Shown: piece after piece, positions 25,281 through 36,446 of the stretch
Layout of the letters: each line of letters begins with the position of its first letter
Position numbering within the stretch: the stretch's first letter is position 1
Made by a program: the position numbers and the translations under genes
Source of the DNA: Eledone cirrhosa
Taxonomy: Eukaryota
Direction of reading: 5' to 3'
NCBI GenBank assembly: GCA_964016885.1
Contig: OZ024743.1
Location: 193,440,001-193,504,000, forward strand
Length of the DNA: 64,000 nucleotides
The notes under the pieces: generated by a model
What the model saw: the letters and a program-made list of their open reading frames with translations, nothing else
The model's database searches: none
Told to the model about the DNA's origin: nothing

Positions 25281-26355
25281 AACTAGCAGCAGGACCCGGC
25301 GTTGCACGGGGTAGGAAACGCATATGCAAAGATTGAGGAATGTACTTGCTGTGTACTTTTTGAATTCCCTTATTCTCAGGGAATGATTGTTCATCTACTG
25401 GAAACGTAGAACACCAGCAGACCGAATCCAGTAGTAGCAGTGTCAGTGGGCTGATTGCGGAAATCGTGTATGAGAAAGGAGTAAGTGTTGTGGGGCGATG
25501 TATGTCGTAAGTCTGTTCATGAATTACGTCACGGATGGGGAACACACGCCAGTCTGAAGGAGCGACGTAATTGTGTGAAAACCAAGTAGGGATGTACATT
25601 TAAGTAGGGATATTGAGATGACGAAATCAGCATGGCAACGTAGCTGCAGCAGGGATCATAGTACAATTAGCACAAACGGTGGGTGGCATTGGGTTTACAC
25701 AGCAACAAAGGTGCAACAAAAGGGGTCACCGCCGAATTAGCACACCTGCTGTTCAGTGTACTTGCGCAGGGCGTTCATACTGCGATGTAGGTGCAACAAA
25801 AGGGTTCTTAGTAGAAGTAGCACAGACGTGAGTTTTACGGTGTCAATAACGCGGCAACGTACACAGGGTGCCGACAAAAATTTTAAGGTTCTCCTCATTT
25901 CCTCAATCCCCCGAAAATGGTCCTGCTTAAAAGTGAGTAAGTGTTGTGTCCTCTGTTAAATAAAACAAATTTTTAACGACATATTATACGCTACTTACGA
26001 TGTTTAAGTAGCGTTTATATTGAAAATGAAAATGGCATGTAATGCCCAATGCTAATTCGTAAATTTCTTAGAAACCATTAATGGAATCGGAAATTTTTTA
26101 CCACAGCAATGCGAGGGGACTAATTAATGTGTGCTGCAAATTTCGAGGAAATTGGCTGGATTATCTTTAAGTTACGCCTCAAAAAAGCCTAAAAATGCCT
26201 AAAAAATGCGGTTTTTCACCTAATGCGAAAATTGTTTTTAGCCCATTTCATTTCAAGAAATATAAGTAATGCATGTGTAAAGTTTGAAAAAAATCGGTCG
26301 GATACTTCTCGAGTTTTAGGGATTTACACAGACAGACACCCTCTGTTTTATATAT
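25281..26355. mobile_element. Helitron/Helentron-associated (HINE-like) non-autonomous element
   Basis: End ACTAGCAGCAGGACCCGGCGTTGCACGGG with short hairpin; other end ACAGACAGACACCCTCTGTTTTATATAT; inserted in TA repeats; CpG-rich interior. Confidence 0.55.
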
Positions 26356-26722
26356 TACGGGGTCGATAAAATAAAATACCAGTAATGCACTGGGATAATT
26401 ACTGTGCCAAAAGAAGAAACAATTATTATAAGTACTGGGGTTGTTTATATCAATTTTACCCCCCACCGCTTGTATTCAACCAACAGGAGACCCAAGGGTA
26501 GACACCAAGCAAGATGGTTGGCTAACATCCATGAGCTTCGCTAGTTTCGCTTGGGGATCCAGCTGGATCAGTTGGAGACGGATGCTTCTGACAGAACTTG
26601 CTGGAAGGAATGTTTGAGGAGTCCCCCCCCCCCCCCGACCCTCTCAAGAGTAAGTGGGAGGAGGAGGAGGAGGAAGGAGAAGAAGATATACACATATATG
26701 TATGTGCATATATATACATATA

Positions 26723-26814
26723 CAGGGGTGCCTTAAAGTCACTAGACTATTTTAAAATATAATATTTTTATAATAAATTTTTCCAATTAAAAAAGTTATT
26801 TTTGAGCCACCCTG
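26723..26814. mobile_element. Tc1/mariner-type MITE
   Basis: TA-CAGGGGTG...CACCCTG-TA termini. Confidence 0.55.
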
Positions 26815-27746
26815 TATATATATCATCATCATCATCATTTAATTTTACGTCCGCTTTTTCCCTGCTTTCAAGGGTGGGACGGGAACTGATTCTGGCTTGA
26901 TTTCTACAGCTGGATACCCTTCCTAACACCAACCTCATTTACAGTGAGTGCTGGGTGCTTTTTTTGCCGTGGCACCTCCACGGCCACTTTGCAGTGGAAT
27001 GATAGGGACCGCAGTCCCTATCATCTCATTTCTACAGCTGAGTAAACTGGAGCAATGTGAAATAAAGTACCTTGCTCAAGGAAACAACACATCATCTGGT
27101 CTGAGAATTGAACTCACAACCTTTCGATTGCAAGGCCAATGCTCTAACCACTAAGCCATGTGCCTCCATAATATATATAAGCATAGAAAGCTTGACATTC
27201 TCCACACCTACTCTCCCAGAGTCCTGTCACCATAACAAAACCTTGTTTCATAATGTGACAATTTGTCTAGCCCTTGTAATAGGAAAATAGACGTTAAACT
27301 GTGATGATGATGATATATAGGTTTAAACGTTTAACTAATATATTTCTTCCATATACTGTGCTGTTGCTTTTGTTATTTCTATTTACCTTTTACCTATATA
27401 TATATATATGTGTATATATTATAAAGAGTCAGGACCTGACGGCTGAGCTCTTGCAGTATCAACAGCTAGTTCCAGATTGATTCAGTCTGGAACTAGCTGT
27501 TGGAATGGAGTGGCAAGAGCTCAGCTGTCGAGTTTCAACTCTTTATAATATAACCATACACTACTAGCCCAAGTATCGAGTACTCTGTTAAGTAATGGTC
27601 TAACCAGTTTCAAACTGAATCCATCCTGATTTATATATATATATATAGTAATAATAATAAATGTGAAGACTAAAATCTGAAGAGGGCTCGATAAGGATAA
27701 TATATATAAAACCGTAGAGCAAATATTTATTAAAATAACAGATTAA

Positions 27747-27797
27747 AGTTTAAGCAAAGAATCACTGCTTTCACCCTTAACGAGATCTTCTGAAACT
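27747..27797 (-). ncRNA. degenerate hammerhead (family 4)
   Basis: Stem I AGUUU/AAACU; core CAGAAGA (one change); GAAA; stem III AGCA/UGCU; CUU site; sister copy at 31141-31185 has CUUAAGA. Confidence 0.5.
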
Positions 27798-27934
27798 AAA
27801 AAAATACTAATTAATATCTATATAGTTTCCAGAAAAAGCATTTAGAATAAGAATTCAAAATAGGGAGCTCACAGGACAAAGCCAATGGAGAAAACAATGC
27901 AAAGGCAGACAGTCCCATCTGTCTGTTTTTCTGC

Positions 27935-28490
27935 CAGGTGTAGTGTTGGCGGATTTCAGGAAGCATGGTAGCTTTGAAGGATGCAGTGTCCTGACAGGTA
28001 ACAACTGATGCAGGTAGTTTCAGCAACTCTGAGTGTGAAAAAATTTCCCAAAGTAATGAGAGCTATACCGTTTTTCTGATTTTGTAAGCATGTCTATGGG
28101 TTTTAGACATGGAATTCAAAAAGGTACTCAGGGTTGTTGTTGGAAAGATGGGTGCCTACAAAGTCAGTTGCCAGATGTCAGAGCTTTAATGTATCATCTC
28201 TGAGACATTAGTACATTGACCTGAAATGTGGGTATGCCAATGCAAATGACCACAACAATAATAGTTGAACAAATTTTTGGTAAAGAACCCTTGGGAATGG
28301 GAAAAATTGGGCAGAGTCATCTGCACGGAGTCGAATCCCACATCTTTCAATGGTTGTTTAGCATTGTGGTTAATGTACTTGCTTCTGTCCACTTTTTTTC
28401 CATTTCCAGGGATACTTTACCCAATTTACCTTGCCTATTATTTATAATGATCAATTATTGCTTTGATCATCTGTGTTGAGACACTCACAT
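27935..28490 (-). mobile_element. CR1/L2-like LINE 3' fragment
   Basis: 'KLPASVVTCQDTASFK' CR1-type C-terminus; same family at 10190-10440 (-), 46385-46690 (+), 60410-60520. Confidence 0.65.
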
Positions 28491-28936
28491 TTCAGGTTTC
28501 AAGTTTTCCCTGCACCCCTTGAGTCAAACAGTTATAAATAAATAAATTTAATTGAAATTTGCTCTGACATATCTGTATACATACAAGTATGTGAATTTCG
28601 TATATCTAAAGATATACAGTATGTTTCATAAATAAAAATTTTGAAAGACCAGCTATGAATATTGAAAGGCTGACAGTCAGTGTCGTCTAGTGGATTCCAG
28701 CAGAAACAGTGAGGGACAACTGTCAATGTACATTTTGAGCTTCTGGCTCTCACCAGGATAGTGCTTTCCCTGTTCTCTGCTGGAACTTGAGGCAGGCGAA
28801 AGTATATAGTTTTTTCACCTGTATAAGTAGGCTGATTAGCCTCATTTGCATATGGAGCTGTTGTAATAATATTTTGATAAACCCTTTGTAATTTAAAACT
28901 AAAAAGCCCAGCTGAGGGCACAAATAAATTGCAGGG

Positions 28937-29921
28937 TCATCATCATCATCATCATCATCAGCGTTTAACGTCCGTGTTCCACGCTTGCATGGGTTTGGAT
29001 GGAGGTTTTCCCACTTGAGGCAAGAGTGATTATCTTGCTCGCATAGGACTATCTGGCGGGTTTTCTACAGCTGGATGCCCTTCCTAACACCAACCACATT
29101 TACAGTGTGGGGCTGGGAGGTTTTTACCGTGTTGCCTACATGGCCACATTACAGCGTGAACTGTGTGTTTTTTTGTCGTGACACCTACACGATCTCATTT
29201 GTTTCGGCCTGGATGTTGTGGCACCAACATAACTTTACATTGAATGGGGCGGTGTTGATGGGGTGGGGGTGGTGGGACGGGGGTGTATTTTGTTAGAGAT
29301 GCCTACTGACTGTAGTAGGTTTTACTTTGTATTTAGGTAAGGCGGGTCATCTCTATTACTGAGTACCGCCAAAGGTCTCGGTCCAGTGACATTGTCTTGG
29401 TGAGGTGTAAGTGTGTGAGGTCGGAATTTATCAGCTCGTCCCAGGTTTTTCTGGGTCTGCCTATTCTGTGGCTACCGTCTATCTTTATAGCCCTGCACTT
29501 TGTTATACAGCTATCGTCTTTCATGCACATCACGCGACCATACCAACGTAGCCTTCTCTCGAGTAAACAACATCTGATCCCTCTTATTTCTAATTTTTTC
29601 CTTAGTTCGTTTATGCTTTGCCGTTCACGTATATTACTATTACACATCCAGCGGAGCATGCAAGCTTCGTTCCTCTCTAGTCTGCGTATATCCTCTGCAC
29701 ACAATGCCCAGGTCTCACTGCCATGCAACATTGCTGTTCGTATGCAGGCATCATACAACCTGCCTTTCATTTTTAGGGAGAACCCTTTAGCGGCTAATAG
29801 TGGTATAAGCTCTCTGAACTTTTTCCATCCAGTTCTGACTCTAGCTACTGTACTTTCAGAGCACCCTCCCCCACTGCTGATTTTGTCACCCAGGTAACGG
29901 AAGCTGTCCACTATTTCTATA
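28937..29921 (-). mobile_element. RTE-clade LINE, 5'-truncated
   Basis: ORF 29333-29911 is near-identical to the C-terminus of 33044-34618; same 3' UTR and (ATG)n tail. Confidence 0.92.
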
Positions 29922-31073
29922 GGGTGTCTGGGGCAATTGCCCCCTTCCCCTCATTACATCCAGCTCTGCCCATAAAGATAAAAGACAAAGCTAACCTTGG
30001 TGGGATTTGAACTCAGAACATAAAGGGCCATAACTATGCAACAAAATGTCTGATGCTCTACCTATACTACCAATCCACCACCATGTTTACATATCAATAA
30101 AAACTGGACCTGACAATATATAACATATTCTGTAATGCAAAATATTATCACTATAAAAGTTGTTTTCTACAAGATACAAAACCAAAGAAAAATTGATATG
30201 TTTGCTTCAATTACTTATTCGCACAATTCAATATGTAATATGGTTGAAATTATTTTCTAATTGTAAGGAAACGGTGAGGATGACATTTATAATTGGAGTC
30301 AGAGAATTTGACAGGTCACATCATAGAGATAAGATCTTTTTACCTTTTACGCAGAGAGGCTGTGGCTCTTAAATAAAATATAATTTAATAAAATTCACGT
30401 CGTAAATCAAATATATTGAAAAGCTGAAGTATTGAAATAGTTAAAATATTGAAAATAAAACAAATGTGAGGTTTAATAAAAATTTATTCTGTACAGATGA
30501 ATGTGAAATGCCATTAAAAGCTTCAGACTGTTCTGTGGTTGGTATTAGCACTTATTTAGAGGAGAACGGCGAGGAGGTTAGCAAAATGACTTCTAGCATA
30601 TCTCTCTTTTATTAACATAGATATACATACATATCTCTCTTTTACTAACATAGATATACATATATACACATACATACATATACAAATACATACATATATA
30701 CACTCATACACACACAAATACATACATACTTACACAAATACACACCCATGCATACATATACACACCTACACACACAAATACATACATATATACACCCATA
30801 CACTCACAAATACATACGTACATCAACTTATACACACAAATACATACACATATGATGAAAACAGTCAGAATAAAATTCTAGCTTTGGAAATGAAATAAAT
30901 TTTCTCCAATTAAATTTGCATCTAAAAACAAAATGATGAAAATTTCAAAATAGTATCTGATATTGTCCACAGAATCTTTAACTATATTTCTCCTAAATGT
31001 TTAATTTATAAATCAAAATTCTGCAACAAAAATGGACAAGGAAATCTTTCACACCAAAACAATATATATATAT

Positions 31074-31210
31074 ATATTTATTAAAATAACAGATTAAAGT
31101 TTAAGCAAAGAATGGCTGCTTTCACCCTTAACAGGATCTTCTTAAGATCCTGTTAAGGGTGAAAGCAGCGATTCTTTGCTTAAACTTTAATCTGTTATTT
31201 TAATAAATAT
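31074..31210. repeat. inverted repeat, 67-bp arms, 3-nt spacer
   Basis: 31074-31140 vs 31144-31210, one mismatch. Confidence 0.95.
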
Positions 31211-32082
31211 TTGCTCTCCGGATTTTATATATTTTTACATATATATTATCCTTATTGAGCCCTCTTCGGATTTTAGTTTTCACATTTATTATTATCACTA
31301 TATAATTAATTACAACAGTGATATATAAAAGTCTGAATGAGTTGGGTTCTATAATCCAAGAAACTAAAGTACCTGTATATGTCACTGTTGTAACTAATTA
31401 TACCTAACTCATCCAATGGACTGAGTGCTCTTAACCTTGGATATTTCTACCAAACTTATATGACAGTATATATATATATAGTTTTTGCTATACACATTGT
31501 AAATGTGGTTGGTGTTAGGAAGGGCATCCAACTGTAGAAAACCTGCCAGACAGTCCTATGCAAGCAAGACAATCACTCTTGCCTCAAGTGGGAATACCCC
31601 CGTCCAAACCCATGCAAGCGTGGAACACGGACGTTAAACGTTGATGATGATGATGATGATAACATATATATACATATACATACATATTTATACACACACA
31701 CATATATATGTACATAAATACATACTGTTGCCTGAATGTGTGGTTGTAATAGTTAAATAAAGAACCCTTAATATGTAATCATAGAGGTATATATACTATA
31801 TTGTATAAAATAGATATCAAACTGGCTTGTATCTTCCTAGGTATGCAGAGTTTCCAAAATCACCTTGCTTCGGGACACTCTGTACAGCTAGGAAGGTATA
31901 TGCCAGTTTGACATGTATTTTATACAATATATATATATATATATACATAAAATTAGAATTTTATGTATATATATATATATATATATACATAAAATTAGAA
32001 TTTTATTTGTCGCCCTAGCATATGTACATGTATATATGTGTGTATATGTATGTGTATATATATATGTGTGTGTGTGCATACT

Positions 32083-32114
<32 letters not shown>

Positions 32115-32324
32115 TATATATATATATGTGCATACTTATATATATATATATATATATATATATACTTATATATAGATATACACACACATATATATATATA
32201 TATTCATACATATATATATACACATATATATATACATACATATATATATATACATACATATATATATACACATATATATATACATACATATATATATACA
32301 CATATATATATATATATACATACA

Positions 32325-34832
32325 CATCATCATCATCATCATCATCATCGTTTAACGTCCCTGTTCCACGCTTGCATGGGTTTGGACGGGGGTTTTCCCA
32401 CTTGAGGCAAGAGTGGTTGTCTTGCTCGCATAGGACTGTCTGGCGGGTTTTCTACAGCTGGATGCCCTTCCTAACACCAACCACATTTACAGTGTGGGGC
32501 TGGGAGGTTTTTACTGTGTTGCCTACACGGCCTCATTACAGCGTGGACTGTCTGGCGGGTTTTCTACAGCTGGATGCCCTTCCTAACACCAACCACATTT
32601 ACAGTGTGGGGCTGGGAGGTTTTTACCATGTTGCCTACACGGCCACATTACAGCGTGGACTGTCTGGCGTGTTTTCTACAGCTGGATGCCCTTCCTAACA
32701 CCAACCACATTTACAGTGTGGGACTGGGAGGTTTTTACCATGTTGCCTACACGGCCACATTACAGCGTGGACTGTCTGGCGTGTTTTCTACAGCTGGATG
32801 CCCTTCCTAACACCAACCACATTTACAGTGTGGGACTGGGAGGTTTTTACCGTGTTGCCTACACGGCCACATTACAGCGTGGACTGTGTGTTTTTTGTCG
32901 TGACACCTACACGATCTCATTTGTTTCGGCCTGGATGTTGTGGCACCAACATAACTTTGCATTGAAGGGGGCGGTGTGGATGGGGTGGGACGGGGGTGTA
33001 TTTTGTTAGAGATGCCTACTGACTAGTAGGTTTTACTTTGTATTTAGGTAAGGCGGGTCTTCTCTGTTACTGAGTACCGCCAAAGGTCTCGGTCCAGTGA
33101 CATTGTCTTGGAGAGGTGTAAGTGTGTGAGGTCGGAATTTATCAGCTCATCCCAGGTTTTCCTGGGTCTGCCTACTCCGTGGCTACCGTCTATCTTTATT
33201 GCCCTGCACTTTGTTATACAGCTGTCGTCTTTCATGCGCATCACGTGACCATACCAACGTAGCCTTCTCTCGAGTAAACAACATCTGATCCCTCTTATTT
33301 CTAATTTTTTCCTCAGTTCGTTTATGCTTTGCCGTTCACGTATATTACTATTACACATCCAGCGGAGCATGCAAGCTTCGTTCCTCTCTAGTCTGCGTAT
33401 ATCCTCTGCACACAATGCCCAGGTCTCACTGCCATGCAACATTGCTGTTCGTATGCAGGCATCATACAACCTGCCTTTCATTTTTAGGGAGAACCCTTTA
33501 GCGGCTAATAGTGGTATAATCTTTCTGAACTTTTTCCATCCAGTTCTGACTCTAGCTACTGTACTTTCAGAGCACCCTCCCCCACTGCTGATTTTGTCAC
33601 CCAGGTAACGGAAGCTGTCCACTATTTCTATAGAACCCTCTGCGCAATTGAAAGAGTTAGTATTTTGTGGGCACTTGCTGCTACTTATTGCACCAGAGCA
33701 CCGGCCACATGTAAAATCTGTGTTCTTAGTTAGCTTACCTGTGATCCCACTACATCTTTTATGCACCCATACTTTGCATTTGGGACATAAAATGGAGTTT
33801 CTACCTACGCCTTTCCTACACACTGAGCATGGCCATTTCCCGGAGGGGACCGGCGCCTTATTTTCTTTCCTACAAACTAGAACTTTAGTCTTAGCCAGGT
33901 TAATTTTAAGGCCTTTTGATTCTAGGCCGTGCTTCCATGTTTGGAATTTCTTCTCTAGCTCGGCCATTGATTCAGCTATGAGCGTTAGATCATCTGCGTA
34001 TAGGAGTTCCCATGAGCAGCTGGTCTTGAACTCCTCTGTTATAGCCTGAAGGGCAATAATAAATAGTAGGGGGCTAAGAACAGAGCCCTGATGGACACCA
34101 ACTTTTATGCTAAACTCTTCACTATATTCGTTGTTAATTCTAACCTTGCTGACTGTTTCTTTATACATGGCTTGTATGGCTCTCACAAGCCATTCGTCAA
34201 CACCTAGTTTTCTAAGAGCCCACCAGATAATGGAACGAGGGACTCTGTCGAAGGCTTTCTCCAAGTCGACAAAAGCTAAGTATAGGGGTTTACTTTTAGC
34301 TAGGTACTTCTCCTGTAATTGTCGTACAATGAAAAGAGCGTCTGTGGTACTTTTGCCTGACACAAACCCGAACTGCATTTCATCTAGATCAATTCTCTCT
34401 CTGATTAATTGCGCTATTACTTTTTCTGTGACCTTCATGACCTGGTCGATTAATTTAATGCCTCTATAGTTACTCCTATCTAGGGCGTCTCTTTTACCCT
34501 TGTAACAGTTAACGATGATGCTGCTACGCCAGTCCTTCGGAACAACCCCATTCTGTACGACTTGGTTTACTATCCGGGTGACCATGGTGTGTCCCACCGT
34601 ACCGGAGGCTTTCAGCATCTCAGCAACTTACCCGTCTTCATATCTTTGATTGCCTTACTTATTATACTACCTTCGACTAACACTGCTGGTCCCTCTATTG
34701 GGTCGATGTGGGGGAGACTGTCTTTCTCCCATTTATTCTCCTCATTTAGTAGCCTTTCGTAGTGACACTTCCAAGCTACCTTCTTATCAGCGTCAGTGAT
34801 GGCAAGTACGCCATCATCGTTAAGTACACAAC
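32325..34832 (-). mobile_element. RTE-clade LINE, longest copy (RT-containing, 5'-truncated, frameshift near 34625)
   Basis: 524-aa ORF with NYRGI, QFGF, FVDLEKAFD, GVHQGSVLSP, YADD motifs and C-terminal GRPRKTW; (ATG)n tail. Confidence 0.95.
32433..32887. repeat. 112-bp unit x4 inside the RTE 3' UTR
   Basis: Units start at 32433, 32545, 32657, 32769; single copy in sister elements. Confidence 0.92.
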
Positions 34833-34885
34833 ACATATATACACAAATATATATATATTCATATACACATATACATGTATATATA

Positions 34886-34980
<95 letters not shown>

Positions 34981-35021
34981 CATTATATATATATATACAT
35001 TATATATATATATATATACAT

Positions 35022-35205
35022 TGTGGATTGGCAGTATCGGTAGAGGGTCGGATGCCATGCTTTCCAGCATAGTTACGTCCCTTTACGATCTGAGTTCAAA
35101 TCCCGCCGAGGTTGACTTTGCCTTTCATCCTTACGGGGTCGATAAAATAAAGTACCAGTAATGCACTGGATAATTGCTGGCCTTGTGCCTAAAGTAGAAA
35201 CAATT
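35022..35205 (+). mobile_element. tRNA-derived SINE family A (representative copy)
   Basis: A/B-box head, central GCCTTTCATCC..GGGTCGATAAAATAAAGTACCAG; other copies near 1890, 3833, 4870, 38565, 41447, 42203, 46105, 55092 (12-bp TSD TAATGAAATAAT), 61097. Confidence 0.85.
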
Positions 35206-35685
35206 ATATATATATATATACATTATATATATATATTGCTCCTGCTGGACATCAGCAGAGGGTGTTAGCCCCCCCCCCCCCCCCCCCCCCGGTGTTTACA
35301 TAGCTACGGCTTCCTAAAACTGTATTTCTTTGGAGATACAAAATATTTATACATATCGTATAAAGCTATGCTTGAAGCGAAATCCTCTTTCTTTTTTATA
35401 TATATAATTATATCTACATGAAGATTATACGAGTTTAAGCTGGTAAGACCATTATTCAGTAGAGTACTCGATAATTGGAATAGCAGATATTAGAGTGAGC
35501 CAGGGTCTGATGGCTGAGCTTTTGTTTCGACAGCTAATTCCAGACTCATTCCGGCTGTCGGGCCCTGACTGTCTTTCTAATATATTATATATATATATGT
35601 TTATATATATATATATAGTGATCGTATTGCTGGCTGGGGTTGACTATGTATTAATATCCTTTGTTTATATTTTGCTCTAGCTCAG

Positions 35686-35865
35686 TAGGGATTACTGAAC
35701 TAAATTAGGGATTACTGAACTAAATTAGGGATTGCTGAACTAAATTAGGGATTACTGAACTAAATTAGGGATTACTGAACTAAATTAGGGATTACTGAAC
35801 TAAATTAGGGATTGCTGAACTAAATTAGGGATTGCTGAACTAAATTAGGGATTACTGAACTAAAT
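35686..35865 (+). repeat. 20-bp minisatellite x9
   Basis: TAGGGATTRCTGAACTAAAT units; junctions read TTAGGG. Confidence 0.95.
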
Positions 35866-36057
35866 CATTTAAATCTTTTATGTTTATTACACCTGGTGAT
35901 ATCCCCGATTGTCTTGTGATATGGTCTGATAATGTAAGCCGGCCATAGAAATACATATTGTGTAATCGTGCAACATTAAGATATATATTGGAATCCAGCC
36001 TTCTGTTTTCATTGAAGTACATATAATATATATATATATTTATATACTTGATATACC

Positions 36058-36089
<32 letters not shown>

Positions 36090-36131
36090 TATATACTTGA
36101 TATACCTGTATATAAATATATATATATATAT

Positions 36132-36446
36132 ATAATATAAGATCAAAAGATGGTTAAAGGAGTTCCATGTATTTTATTATGCGCATTTCAAAAACAAACA
36201 TCATCATGCAATAATATTTGTGTTTTCATCAGATAAAACAGGAGAACATGATATGAAGGCTAAAAAACACTTGTGGATAGTGCAGTTTTAAATCAACATA
36301 TCCACAAGTGTTTTTTAGCCTTCATATCATGTTCTCCTGTTTTATCTGATGAAAACACAAATATTATTGCATGATGATGTTTGTTTTTGAAATGCGCATA
36401 ATAAAATACATGGAACTCCTTTAACCATCTTTTGATCTTATATTAT
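36132..36446. repeat. inverted repeat, 148-bp arms, 19-nt spacer
   Basis: 36132-36279 vs 36299-36446, no mismatch seen. Confidence 0.95.
36338..36408 (+). ncRNA. type I hammerhead ribozyme with palindromic stem III (family 2); mirror copy on - at 36170-36240
   Basis: Stem I UGUUUUAU/AUAAAAUA; CUGAUGA 36346-52; 15/16-bp stem II; GAAA; AUGCGCAU palindrome; AUA cleavage after 36400. Confidence 0.8.

Noticed and set aside
33324-34469. Plus-strand ORFs overlapping RTE copies
   Set aside because: Antisense shadows of the RT reading frame
35022-35110. tRNA gene candidates at SINE heads
   Set aside because: No complete cloverleaf; they continue into multi-copy SINE bodies
35686-35865. Possible CRISPR array or true telomere
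   Set aside because: No spacers, eukaryotic context, and only one TTAGGG per 20-bp unit
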